From Convolutriloba macropyga (Eukaryota), in the NCBI RefSeq assembly GCF_964194025.1, contig NC_134481.1, positions 32,364,001 through 32,428,000 on the forward strand: DNA of 64,000 bases. The letters are read 5' to 3'. Of the stretch, positions 44,401 to 58,038 are shown in pieces. A program made the translations under genes and the position numbers. Below the pieces are notes generated by a model, which was not told where the DNA came from, made no database searches, and worked only from the letters and a program-made list of their open reading frames with translations. The first letter of the stretch is position 1; every line of letters begins with the position of its first letter.

Positions 44401-46462
44401 TATTTAACATAAAATAGCTTGAGCTTGTAAATAAACCAGAGCTGGTAAATAGCCGTCGTTGATCCGTATGATGCACATCGGGATTGATACAAAAAAGGGG
44501 AAAATGAAGGTATAGAAGTATCAAAAGGCTATTAAAGTTCATACTAATGTCCTTCATACTAGCAATCATTCTAATGAATTTAATAACCTAATGCACAAGG
44601 ATTTAGTTAGCGGGCTGTATTGGTTTGTCCAGTTTCTTCTGATTTTGCTCTTTTAACCTTGACCGCATTCACTAAATTGTAAAATTCAATGAGTCAAAAA
44701 TTTAAATCCATTCAGTTGAAACGGTGAGTGAAGTGAGTCAGGAAACATAACCGGAAAATAGCTAGAAAATAGCCGCTGTCGACCCAATTGACGCACACTA
44801 GGTTTGAAAAAGAAAACGAAAAAAACAGATAGATTACACTTTATTCAGCTTTTAAACTTAACGCTGTTAAGCATAATACTAATGCCAGCTAGCAATCGCT
44901 CGAATGAATTTTGATAATCTAATGCACTACATGACTTAATGACCGAGATTTATATGTTTAACCCCCTTATTTGATTTTGCTCTTTTGATGTTGACTGTAT
45001 CCACTACAGTGTGCAATTGAATGCGTGAAAGAATTTAAAATCCATTCAGTTCAAATATTGAGTGAAGTATGTCAGAAGTCAGGCGTGAAAAACGAAAAAT
45101 GTGATCAAAAGGTAAAGCAAATTTAAAAGCATAGCAGGACAAGGTAGTCCAAAGAATTGAATGAAAAACTGAAAAGCGAAGCACCTGAACAGCAGATAAA
45201 TGGAACAATCCCAGTCAAGAAGACAAAATCTCAAAATTTATGAAATAAAAATTCAAATAATCTAAACAAATATATAATTATTCCTAAAATTCCTGAAGCT
45301 TCTAAGCTTCTACCCTGAATGCCAAATATGATACAATTCAGTATACTAATTAACTCACGCACCAGCCTTGAAGGAGATTTATTTGCGACTAAAGGTAGAT
45401 AAATTCGAGAAATATGACAAATGCTTCAATGAAACCAAACTGAGTTCCGTTAACTGCAAGATCTAAAAAGTTTTTGGCGAGAAAGATTGTTAAAATCAAA
45501 AAAATGACAAAAAATTTTCAAAACCATTTATATATATCCGGAGAATAACCAGTTTCTTTTTTCAGGCTTTAAATAGTTTCACAAGCGACAAAGATCGGTG
45601 AACTTGGAACAAGATAACATTTTTCAGAAAAATTTTAAAAAAATTTCAAGTTTTTTTTTTACAGAAATGAAAGGAATTCGTGATTTTAAAATCTTGAGAA
45701 CATTTCGTCACCACTAGAAATTATGCAATAGACTATTATCAAGCCCGCGAGGAGGTTCCTTGGCTCTTGATGACGGGAAACGTAAAAAAAAATGACAAAA
45801 AATTTTTTCAGGAAACTTGGGGAAAATTTGACGAATTGCTAAAATTTGTAATGTTAAAAAGTTGAAAACTACTCCATGGCCCATAAAAGCTCTTCAGTAA
45901 CTCATTGTCAAACACTAAATAGGTTTGCTGGACACTGGAGCTGGAAAAATTTAAACCCTGACAATAAATGTCAAAAATTTTGAAAAATTTGCGAGTTTTA
46001 TAAAAAAAAAACTGAAATTTGTGATAATTAAATGTTGAAAACCATTTCATGGCCAATAAAAAATTTGCAGTGAGCTATTATCAATTCCTAGAGGAGGTTT
46101 TTCGTCACGTGGTGCTAGAAAAACTTGAAAAATGCCAACAAATCTCGAGAAATTTGAAAATATTGCAAGTAATTTTAAAAAAAAATGCTAAAATTTCTGT
46201 CATTATAAAGTTGAAAGCCCGTTCGTTACCACTAGAAACTATGCAGTAACCAATTTTCAAGCCCTGGAGGAGGTTTTTCTGACAGTTTGGGTCAAAATCT
46301 CGAAAATGACAAAAACCTAAAAAAAAACGATAAAAATTCCAAAAAAATTACTATAAACGCAAAAAACGCAAAAATTGCAATTTTTTTGGCTCAAACCTCC
46401 CAAAATTATCGTTTAAAATCAACCTGAGGTCTTCTCTGCAGCTTCAACACCCTATGCACTTG

Positions 46463-46540
46463 AAAGCTCATAGGGTCAAGGTTGAAACCTCATTAAAGCT
46501 CATAGGGTCATACTTGAAACCTCATTAAAGCTCAAGGTCA
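46463..46540. repeat. Tandem repeat, about 2.4 copies of 32 bp (aaagctcatagggtca..ttgaaacctcatt)
   Basis: Directly visible. Confidence 0.85.
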
Positions 46541-47882
46541 TGAAAAAAGGCGTAAAATCATCTTACAAAAAAGACAGAGCACCAATAAAATCCAATCCTG
46601 GATTTTAAAAAAAGTTTCTAATCAATAGCCACTGAGAGGTGGACGGTGGCTATTAATCAGATGTGAAAATCTAGACTTATGTAAAACGAATAACGTGATC
46701 AAAAAGTAAAAGGAAATAAAAAGCATAGGTCAAGTCCTGACCAAAAACTCAGAACTTTCCCTGACTAAACGAAATACTTGACTTGCAAGCCGGTAAATTG
46801 TCGAAAAATAGCCGCCATTGACGCGCTTGACACACATCCAGACTGAAACAAAAAAAAAGAAGAGATAGAGATTGCGAGAACTTTTTCCGATGTGTCAAAA
46901 AGTATTTGAATTTCGCGTGCAGTGTTTTCAGTCAGTTTTTAAATTTACCTAAGCATCAAAATTGAAGACTATGAAACTTCTAACTAATGTCAGCTGGAAA
47001 GCAGTCTAATGAAATGTGATGGCCTAATGCACTATGACTTGGTGACTGGACAATATCGGTTTACACCGTTTTTTTGCTTTTTTGACACTGACCTTGTTCA
47101 CTACAATTCTTTCAAATAACCCGGCCCATTTGAGAAATACCAAAAGAAATACAAACTTTGCAACAGTATATAGTTGAAAATAAAACAATTTCTGTGAGAC
47201 TTGTAGGCTGTTATGGGAACTTCTCAAAATGACCTGTCGACCTTGGACTTCACCAACAGCGCCTTAATACTAAGCATTGTTAAGTAATGTACTGTTAAAG
47301 TCCAATGTTCGCAAACAAAAGTCGTCGGTCTAAAGCAGAAGTCGAGGTTCGAAAACAAAAATCAAAGTTCAAGTAATGAATAAGTTTGCTCCAGCTCAAA
47401 AAACCTGTAGAATGTCAATGCTCAACTTCGAATCGTAAAAACGAGAGCACCTAATTAATACCCGATGGTGGGCTGAAGGCGGCTATTAATCATCAGAAAA
47501 GTACAAATTGACGTCAAATTGCCGGATGTGAACAAAAACCACAAGTGGGAATGCGAATTTTTGTTCAAACACCGTTTTGTCACTCTGCTTTAAAATTATA
47601 ATTTAAATAATGAATCAAAGTAAAAATTTAAAATTGTAATTGCAACCGGACTCATTATCTTTTGTCTGAAAACTAATCTTTGCCTCACAAGAGTCAATCA
47701 AAATGCTAAAACTCTAACCCCTGTCGTAAACACTAAAAACAACCTTAAACAGTCCATACATTCTTTTGTTGGTCAAAATCTCGCTTTGACATGATTGAGA
47801 AAACTCACCCAATCACGCCCGAAAATCATGCTCTAAGTCAATCAAATTAGTCTATAAAACTTCAAGCATCAAATTCTCCAAG

Positions 47883-47888
47883 TTTATT
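47883..47888 (-). promoter_or_regulatory. Possible polyadenylation signal of the Nav-like gene
   Basis: TTTATT on + (AATAAA on -) about 425 nt past the stop codon. Confidence 0.35.
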
Positions 47889-48312
47889 TGTTTCAATTAA
47901 ATTTGTTACTAAATTTGTTACTAGATGCATTGTGATTGTTTATAATTAAAAGAGAAATACGAAGAAAAATTACTTAAGTATAACACAAACATAACCGACA
48001 AAAGATACACAGATTACTCTCAAACGACGAACGATCTAGCATCAGCGGGCAATGATAAAAGTTTTGGGTAAAAATTGGGGATGGTGTGTCCAAAAGCTTC
48101 CTAAATTTCCTTCCATTAACTTCTACAGCGTCTCTTAAGAGCTTCGTTGAACCGTACTTTTAGAGCATCCTAAGATCAAAATAATAGCTTAAATTTTTAC
48201 ATGAGAGCAATTAGAAAGAGTTGTACACGCATGTAGGTTAAATACATTCATTGCGTTGCTGCTCAATCACATTTTTGTCAAAGTGTTCTCAAATTCTAAC
48301 TCTTTGTCACAT

Positions 48313-48540
48313 TTACAGTAACATGGCATTTTCGATTTCATTGCGGATCTTGGCGCTGTACTTTGCATTACTCATGCTTCTTAAGCAGCGCAAAAATTTG
48401 TTGTTAATATAGGCCCTTTGCAACACTGTGTAGGCCTGCCCAGCTTTGTCTCGTGTTTTTGTTGTGTAGTTGCACGGGAATGTTGGGTCGAAATTGGGAA
48501 AGATGCTTTTTAGTGATTCGTGTCTTTCTTGTAGAGCACT
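48313..48540 (-). CDS. Voltage-gated sodium channel-like alpha subunit, terminal exon with IQ-like motif
   Basis: Acceptor ctttcag (ctg at 48541-48543 on +), phase 0 matching the upstream exon; SALQERHESLKSIFPNF..TTKTRDKAGQAYTVLQRAY..; stop at 48315-48313. Confidence 0.75.
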   Translation of the reverse strand, partial: SALQERHESLKSIFPNFDPTFPCNYTTKTRDKAGQAYTVLQRAYINNKFLRCLRSMSNAKYSAKIRNEIENAMLL

Positions 48541-48553
48541 CTGAAAGACAATT

Positions 48554-49535
48554 AACATAGCTGGCAGAGTGCCAGAAAATAGCCGCAATAGCTTTGTAGA
48601 TCCGCAGTCTAAAAAATACAGTAGAAAAGACAGACCAAAAAAATTAGTCTTTTCATTGAAGGCTGAGATGTTAAATTTTGATTAAAAATCTGTATAAGTT
48701 ATTGCTGCCTCTATTAGCTGCTCTCAGACAACATTCACTTGTCCTTATCTCTTTGAAACAAAGTAAATAAAATTCAGGAGGTCATTTTTGAGAGTGAGGT
48801 AAGTCACATGTGACCAAAAATTTAATCACGCGATTGAACAAAAAACTCGCTCCACTAAGAGCAAAAAATGACGTCACGCACGCACTTCAGTTGAAATTAC
48901 ATCGCAAACAAACGAACAAAAAGCAGATTTGAAGTGGTTGTGACGTCTTATGGTCGTAACAAAAAACGCGAAATAAAGAACATAGCAGGACAAGTCCTGA
49001 CGTACAATTCAAAGAATTTTCATTGGCTAAACAAAAGACTAGACCTAGAACGGACTATGAGTGAATAGGGAAAAACATTTCCAAAAAAATCAAATAAAAA
49101 ACTAGAAAAAACAGAAAGTCAAAGTCAAAATGCCGCTTGTGAACACAAAACCACTGGCGAGAAAAAGAAAATTGGTTAAAATAAAAAAAAATCACTAGTT
49201 CTAGAATGAACTATGAATGGATTGGGAAAACCATTAAGAAAAAAATCCGACTAAAAAAATCGAAAAAACAGTAAAAGTCAGAGTGAACTTGCCGCATGTG
49301 AACAAAAAATCACTAGCGAGAAAGCAAAGTTTTGTTCAAACACCGTTTTGTCACTCTACTTTAAAATAAGATTGAAAAACTTTCACGCCATAAAACTACT
49401 CGCTTTTCTGCTCTACTTCCTGTTTCGGCGTGACCAAAATCACTACTCCAATTTGACTTTAAAAATCACGAAAAAGTGTGAACAGATCTTAAAAAAGGTC
49501 AATAATAGCCCCCGCTATCGCTGTGCGGATATTAA
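48554..49535 (-). mobile_element. Family B element, reverse orientation
   Basis: 48570-48985 is the reverse complement of about 9195-9650; hairpin 49504-49533 is the reverse complement of 7392-7422. Confidence 0.65.
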
Positions 49536-49907
49536 TAAATATTGCTATTGCTGTATGGATACAGAACGGATCACTTTAGAATTTATCTACAGAGTAATGT
49601 ATTAGATTTATAATAACTCCAGCCTCAAAATGCTGTACTTTTTATGAGAAAGAAAAGAAATTAACGTTTGAGAAAATAAAAAGAAAAAAGAGAATAAATT
49701 GACAAATTTTTGAAAAATGCTACTCCCTCAAACACTATGTCTCGTTTCCTGTCCACTTGTCCGTAAATCGACCGAAGACATTTAACCACCATCATTTAAA
49801 CAAGCTTTGTGATTGAAAATCTTGAAATTTTAACGTTTTTCTGAGAAATACGAGAAAATCCCAATTCGTAAGCGGGGCACCATATAAATTGACTTTTTTT
49901 GCTTTTG

Positions 49908-50446
49908 TAAACATACCCGGCAGATTGCCGGAAAATAGCCGCCGTTGATTCCAATAAGCATGACTGGGATTGAACGAATAGAATATATTGAAAAAAAAAG
50001 ATTTTTGTACAAAAATATTATTTAAGTCCGATTTATTTTGATGGCATTTCGTAGTTGAACATACTTCTGTTTCTTAGAGAGAGGCTACAGGGGCTACTAT
50101 CAATAACAATCAGCATTAGAGAGAGGTAACTAATACTTATAGGACCGACGTTCAAATAGCGGGCATCTAAAATTGGGCTTTATGGGTTTATCCCGTTTCT
50201 ATTTCTGACTTCAATTTTTTATACTGACTGTTCATTTTGAATTGCTTTGCAGAGCAACTGATGTTCAAAATCACTTTTAGCAGAATGAGAGAAGAGAGAA
50301 ACTAGCCTAGAGAAGTCAAAAAGATTTCACGCAAAATGTTGAAAAGGCGGCAAAATGAGGTAAAGCGAAACATTTTTTTATTCGACGAAGTAAAAAAAAA
50401 TAGGAGCGCTATAATAGCCGGCTGAGAAGATGAGGGCGGCTATTAA
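49908..50446 (-). mobile_element. Helentron-like element of about 540 bp, near-identical to 59088-59630
   Basis: aacataCCCGGCAgatTGCCGGaaaatagccgcc ... aatagccggctg..gggcggctatt; diverged relatives at 20280-20431 (reverse) and 60946-61380. Confidence 0.75.
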
Positions 50447-51029
50447 ACATAAACTTACTAAAGTAGGACAAATTGTTCTCGAACGACAATGAGTTGCTGA
50501 CTAGATAGTTTTTTGCTGGTGCAAAAAGGAATGCTGCGCAGCCGTCTTTTGTCTTCATAGACTGAATCATTAATCACTCGGCTACCAGTGCCTTGTAACA
50601 TGCTATTATACAATCGCTTTTGTTTTTAGCAACAGGCTGGATTTCTAAATGACAGCAGTTTAAGTCACGTGTAAATCAACATGTCAACCGCGAAGAAATG
50701 ACCAGCGAAGTTAAATCAAAATAATTTCCCAAAACAAGACGGTCAAGCAAACATTTGCGTAAGAGGACACCCGCCTTATCTCAATTGCTAACTTAATTCC
50801 AGAGCAATTAACAATCTGTAATAACCTTTTTGCTTCTGTAATTACCTCTCAAAAATTTGTATATTTTTCTGGACAATTACGTGACTCATCATGCTCCGAA
50901 CACTATGTATTCGAGTATCTTTCCCAGGCTATGATATAAACGCAGAAAAATTCAGTCATTTAGTTTTAAAAATAGGATAAACGGAACAAAACAAACAAAA
51001 TGACAGCCCCTCAGCGGCTTTATCGAAAA

Positions 51030-52012
51030 GGTTGAGCCACTTCAAACCAGTAACAAAAGCCATCAGAGAGCAAGAAATGACTTTTGAAACTGAAAAAACA
51101 TAAAATTTGTCAAAACTCAAAAATGGTCAAAACTGAAAAATTTTACAAGTTGGGACCGAAATTTTGTACAGCCCCGAATTTTGGAAGGGAAAACCTGAGC
51201 AACCCGAAGTTATGGCTCACGGTTAGGTTTACCTCTACGCTATTCATGGACCCAACGAACGTTATCGCATCAGATCCAACAGGGTGGCTATTAGCACTTA
51301 TATGGTGCAAAATTGGCATTTTTTGATATTTTGTTATTTATTCTTAAATTTTTGAAGTGGCATGTTTTATGATATTTTAGGTGATCATTAAAGATCAATT
51401 ACCGAACATTTGAGAAATTTAGCGCCACCTAATAACTATCCGTGCTTATGTAAAAAAAAATTGTGCAGTAATTTGACATTTACTATGTAAACAATGACCT
51501 AAATCACCTACTTGATTAACCAATCAGAAACAAGTAGCGATGATGTAATAAATGATAAGTATTTGATTTTTTGCTTTACCAGAATTGTTTGAACAGTGAA
51601 ACCGAATTCTACTTAGATCCACTAGAAGCTGTTATACAGAGCAGTTGGCTCTCAGATTAGACTAAAATTTGATTGTTCTGCAACTTTAGTTTTTTTTGCT
51701 AAGTTTTGCTAGATCTTAATAGTTTGCGAGTTTTAAGTTAGTTGAGCTTAGTTGATGAGAAGTTATCATCATTACTAACACTGGCTGAAGCTTTACGAAA
51801 TTCATCACGAGATTTAACATAGATTATCACTAAGGATTTTCTTAACTTCAATCAACAAAATTAAATTTATAGTCCTTTAATACGTCCGAGCGACTTATAG
51901 TTTCGAAGAGATTGTTAGTCAATCGAACCCTATGAAGAACCAGACCTGTGTAAAACTCGAGAACCAGGCTGTGATATATCGGTTCCGCTGAGATTCTTGA
52001 GCCGCCGCAACA
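51030..52012 (+). repeat. 5' LTR of the BEL/Pao element (about 0.98 kb)
   Basis: 51030-51545 matches 58039-58557 and about 51550-52012 matches about 59630-60096; ends CGCAACA; 5' TG end is degenerate. Confidence 0.82.
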
Positions 52013-52090
52013 TTGATCCGCCGACCCAGACAACAACACGAACAGCAACGAATCTTCGATTCAATCTGGTGGACCAGAACGAAATCCTCA

Positions 52091-55000
52091 CGATGTCTGG
52101 AAAGAGCCCTAATATACATTGGAAAACGACTGACTACAAGATGTCAGGCCAATTCAGTAAGCCCGAAAATGAGCAAGCTGAATTGCTCAAAACGTTTGAC
52201 GGACATCTAGCAGATGTGAAAAGTCATTTGGCTCAGAAGAAAACAGTGTCCGCAGAAAGAGCATATCAATGGTTCTTTGAGACTTACCATGTTTTGGAGA
52301 AAACCAAACAGCAACAGAGACAACTCCTGAAGCCAATGTACTTGGAAAATTTCGATGGCGACACCAAAAGAAATTTGAGCGGATAGAAGAAGACACAAAT
52401 GGTTGGTTGAACAAATACCAAAACTTAGAAAAAGTGAAGGATATTGCTACGGCGTTCTTAACCAACGGAAAGACACTTTGCGGCTCTACACAAGGTTGGA
52501 AAACATGCGATTCAATTTATAGAGAAGCAGAGAAATTGGAAGAGGAGTTGGGATCAGATTTTTTAGACAACTCCGCAGGCAAGCTTTCAGCTGTAAACTG
52601 GAACAGCTAGTAAAGAAACTAGATTCAGATCAAGCAGCACTCAAACTAATCGTGAGATCAGATATTGCTACGGATTGGTTGACGAATTTAAGTGAGAATA
52701 AAGATGACCATAAAGGCATGCTGAAACAGTACCAGCAAACCGCAGAGAGTGGAAATCAAACATCATTGGTGTCATCCACATCGGCTGTTGACAAAGAACC
52801 AAACGAAACTGTAAATGATACAGGAATAGGAGCAATAGCAAACGCTGAAGAGATTGTCGAGTTCTCGTCCAGGCATTCTGCAACACATGGAAGCCAAAAA
52901 GAACCCAGTATTGACAGCTCACGATCACCGAGAAGACGACAGATTGACGAAATGGAGGTTGAAATCCTAAGATCTAAGAAAGAAACAGAGCAACAACTAC
53001 GAAAGCGGCAGTTTGAGTTAGAGCAGGAGCGTGAGGAAGTGGGACTACGGCAACGAGAGGAACAACAAGAACAAGAATTACGTCTAAAGTTAAAACAACA
53101 AGAAGACGAGCTACATTTGCGTCAACATAAATGAGTGCTCGAAAACGGAAGAAAGAAATCTGAAGCCAACAAAGAGCAAAGAGGCATAGAAATTGAACTA
53201 AAAATACGGAGAGACATTGTCACGGGTAGACGACATAGAATGTGTTGGATCAAGACGTTATCTAGAAAGAACTGCAGGCTGGGCAAATTCAGTGGCCCAA
53301 CAGTCTGGCCCTAAACGACCGCTATCTCCTAATGTTATGATCAACCCTCCTAAGAATGTCACACAGTACAAAGATGACAAAGCGCCCACCCAAAAACTAC
53401 CCCGTTGTTCCAGCCGGGCTCGGAACTTTTCTCAACGCAACTACAAGATTCGAGTATTCTCAAGAAACCTGAAATCCCTAAATCAATTAGGGTGACAGAA
53501 CCACAGACGCTGTTGCCCAATACAACATTCCAGCAACAAGGACGTTCAGCTTTCCAATTATATTGATGCAACGCATCGATGGAAAGCCAAAACCAAACAA
53601 TAGTGAGCCAAGCTACCCCACAAGTAATTTACCAACCGAGTGGTGACCCAAGAAGATTATCAAAACTCAAGTTAACGGAAATCTCAGGAGAGCCGCTGCA
53701 GTGGCTCGAGTGTGCAGAACTTTTCGATGTGATTGTGCATCAAAAGCGGCTAAACGATACTGAGAAGTTGCAGTTTCTGAAGAGTATCGGAGGGAGTTCT
53801 GACTTCAGCAACCATAAAACTTTCCTTTCAGGTTAAAAAAAACAGTGGCTACGACACCTACAGGATCATCGACTACTAGCAGCTAACTTGATTGTTTTCA
53901 AAGACTGGTTAGAATCCACTGCTCTCATACATGAAGACTTGTTAGTCCACACAAACCCTAAGTTCCAAAACCGTGAGAAACCAAAAACAAGTACTTTCGA
54001 ATCCAACGATGATTCTACCAAAAAAAATTCAGAATGCCCATTCAAAGATGATCATCACGTCATTTGGGTTTGTGAGACATTCAAATCAATGAAGCTGAAC
54101 GAACGACGAGATCATGTTCAGATTTCCAGACTGTGTTTCAATTGCTTGAAACCTGGCCATCAGTTGAAGGATTGCAGAAGTAGAACCGAAGCGTGCCCAA
54201 TTGCGGACGACAACACTACAAGCTTTTGCACAGCAACTTCTCAAAGAAGAAGGCTAAAACAGGCGCCTCAGGTGCTACGAAAGCAATAGCAACAAACATC
54301 GCACAAGGAGGACTCCCTGTAGTGCAGTTTAAGCTAGTGAATGGGGATCTACGCCTGAGCCTGCTGTCAATGTGTGATACAGGATCCTCAATCTCATTCG
54401 TGGGCAAGTCAATTGTATCTGCAATGCACTTGCAAGGCCGAAAAGCGTCTCTGTCAGTAGCTGGCCTCCACGGATCACAAAATGTCAAGACTGAAAAAGT
54501 TCCGATAGCGGTTTCATAACATAAGAGGTCTCGACTATTGACAACAGTGCAATTCTATGTCATTGAAGAACTGAAATAGGGTGACCAGACTGTAGATCCG
54601 TAAGTGTTGAAAGATCGCTACCCACATCCAAAGAACTTGCCAAATCAGAGCTACAATCTAAGCGAAGTTCAATGAATTTTCGGAGAAAACTGCTGCGACA
54701 TCCATCACCCATTAGAATTCCAAAACTGCACCGTAGACGGTGAAAACAAAAATAGGCCGGGCCTTAAGTGGTCCCCTGCCAACCTCAGTATCAGAGGACA
54801 GGTCAGCAAGGCAGTTGTGTAAATGGTAGGACATCGAATGCTACTCCTCAAACTGTGAGGTCACCGGTCATTCGAAAAACGAACAGAGAGCAATCAAAAC
54901 ATAGGAGCAAACAACTCGATTCACCGGTGAAAGATACGAAGTTGGACTTCGATGGCGAGAAGAGGAAGTGAAGTTACCATGTAACTCCTACTCGGCTATG

Positions 55001-58000
55001 GGGCAAGTCAAGTCCTTAAAACGACGCCTACAGAAGAATATTACGTTACAAAAGCGTCATTAGGAGATCATTGACACTGACACCAAAGCCGGTTATGTCC
55101 GCAAAGTCCAACAGGTTCAGTTGAACGAAACCAGAGACAAGTTTCAATGGTACTTGTCACATCGTCCTGTCAAGAAAATGGTGCTACGCAACAGCAAAGT
55201 AGCAAAGTGGATTCCTGAACGAAAAACTTCTTTTTGAACCAGATTTGTTGCAGAGTCTGATCGGAATTGTTTTTTGCTTCAGAGAACACCAAAAAGAACT
55301 TCCAGCCGACATGGAAGCGATGCTGTCCCAAGTGATGACAACCGATGCTTACGATTTCTCTGGCGAGAAGATCCAGAGCATATAATAGAAGTCTACGAGT
55401 ATGCACGACACGTTTTTGGGGCTAAAAATTTGCCGACGTGTGCAAATTACGCTTTGCATGAAGTGGCGAAAGATAACGCGACAGGCGAAGAAAATCTTGT
55501 CAAAGCTGTCCAGCGAAACTTCTAGTTGGACGATTTCCTCAAGTCATTCAGAACACCCCCAAAGGCGATTGAAATCTACCAGGAAACCAGAGACATCCTT
55601 AGTAAAGGGGGATTCAATTTGACGAAATGAATAGCAAGTGACGAAGAAGTCAAGTCACAAATTCCAGAGGCAGACAGATCAACAAAAAATGTGAAAACTT
55701 TCGGGACCATGCTAAAACCGTCATCAATTCTTGGACCGAACTGGAATGTAGACACAAACAATCTTACAGTCTGTCGTGGAACTGAGCAAGACGTTCCAGC
55801 AAGAATAACTCAGAGAATTGTCCTACCCTTTGTCTCAGCAGGATTCGACCCACTTGGGATATGCTCACCCTTCACGATAAGAATGCGGTTTCTACTCAAA
55901 AGTATTTGAGCAGAAACGGGCCAAGCATGGGACAAAGAGTTGTCAGCAGAATACTCAAAACTATTCAGTGATTGGAGCTCTGAGTTGAAAGTTGATAGAA
56001 AAAAGACGATGTCAATAAATCGATTTTATTTTGAAAACGCATATACAAACTTGAGACTACACATTTTTAGAGACACGTTTGATGAAGTAATGTGCACCGT
56101 AGAATATCTGTTGAAACTCACCTATGTGACAGGAAAACGCCATGTAGCACCAATCCGACACACGACAATTCCGAAGTTAGAACTTCAAACCGCAGTATAC
56201 GGAGTTCGTCTAAGAAGGCAGATATTGCAAGAACATGATGTCAGAATTGACAAAGTTTATTATTCGACCAATTCATCAACAGTCTTACAGTGATTACAGT
56301 CAGCTAACAAGAAACGACAAGTGTTTGTTGCCAACAGGGCTGCAGAAACACTGAAAAACTGTTCCATGCTCAATGGAGTCATGTCGAAGGCATCAAAAGC
56401 CCAGCAGATTTTGGCACGAGAGGGATGTCCATCGAAGGCCTTAAGGTGTCCGGGTGGTTAAACAGGCCGGCATGGCTCCATTCAGATAAAGAAAAGTGGC
56501 CGAAGCCGTAGTGGCATGGGAAAGAAATTGAAACTGAGCAAGCTACCAGTACTGTAGCCACTGAAACTGAACTAGACCGACTAATCGATTGGAAACAATA
56601 CAGTAGCTTCAACCAAATTAGAAACCTCATTATCTACTGCATGAGGCTCACGACGAAGCAGAAGGCCCCTCAGAGCAGACACAATTCATCAAGCAGATTA
56701 AATACTGTTTAAATTGTTCAAAACGGAAGCATCCCGAATGTTTCAAAGTCGATGACAAATGGCAAAGAAATCTAAGAAACATTGAATATTGCCAAATTGT
56801 CACCCTTCATAGAAGATGACGGAACAATTTGAGTGAAAGGTCGACTGAAACATCTGCGACTCGATTTCAATGCAAAACAACCAATACTGTTGACAGCAAA
56901 ACATCGAGTCGTTCAACTTCTGTTAGAGAAAGCGCATCGAGACAACCTACATCAGGGCACAGAATATGAAACGAACATGCTTCAACAACAGTACTGGATC
57001 ATTGGACTGAGAAATGCATTAAGGAAAATTAAGTCCAGATGTAACAAATGCAGACACAGAAATGCCAACCCAATTCATCCACCGATGGCGGATCTACCCC
57101 GAGAACAACTTGATGTGTTCCCATTCACTCATACCGACGTCGGGTACTTCGGACACTTCGAAGTCAAGTTCCTACAACGTAACATGAAAAGTTGGTGCTG
57201 CCTCTTCATTTGCTTGACAACCAGAGCAGTAGACATCAAAGTTACGCAGTCATTGGACACCGAGTCATGTCTAGCTGCAGTGATAAGGTTCATTGCAAGA
57301 CGTGGCTATCCGATCACCACCATCAGTGACATTGGAACGAACTTCGTTGGAGCAGCCAATGAGCTGAAAGCTTTCTTGAACGAGTGGGACAAAGTTAAGA
57401 TAGAGAGTGACTTAGCACAGAAAAAAATTGTTTGGAAATTCAATCCACCCTGGAGCCACAAATTTTGGTGGAATCTAGGAAAGACTGGTCCAAAGTTGCA
57501 AGAAAGCCATGATTGAAATCTTGGACAACCGAAGCATAACCGACAACGTACTTAGCACAACAATGTGTCTTGTAGAGCAAACACTCAACGCAAGACCCCT
57601 GACAGCGGTAATTGATGACCCTGAAGACCTGACAGCACTTACAACAAATCTTTTCTTGCTAGGACAAGAGAACGCGACTGCACCATTCACGCCATCCAGT
57701 GAGCGCTAGCATAACTTGAGAAAATCATTCAAAACGGCTCATGCGTATGCCGACATGATCTGGAAACGATGGACTCGCGAATATCTTCCACAATAGAACC
57801 AAAGATCGAAGTGGTCAAAAGAACATGTGCAAAACCTGAAAGAAGGCGTACTTGTTTGGCTAGTAGATGACTCTCTGAAACGCTGTGAGTACCAACTGGG
57901 ACGAATCATTGAGATCTTTACTGGCAACAACGGTGTTGTGAGATCAGCTAGAGTCAAAATGGCACATGGAGAGCTAAACCGGCCAGTCGTGAAGTTGGCG

Positions 58001-58038
58001 CCATTATTCTATGTCGAGAACGAAAACAGGACCAGCGA
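52091..58038 (+). pseudogene. Disrupted gag-pol polyprotein of the BEL/Pao element
   Basis: Fragmented ORFs 53579-53836, 53888-54519, 55274-55525, 55691-56293, 56833-57709 and 57827-58060 carry consecutive Pao domains. Confidence 0.88.

Noticed and set aside
51025-51029. Target-site duplication of the BEL/Pao element (gaaaa versus gaagt at 60097-60101)
   Set aside because: Only 3 of 5 bases match and the 5' LTR start is degenerate
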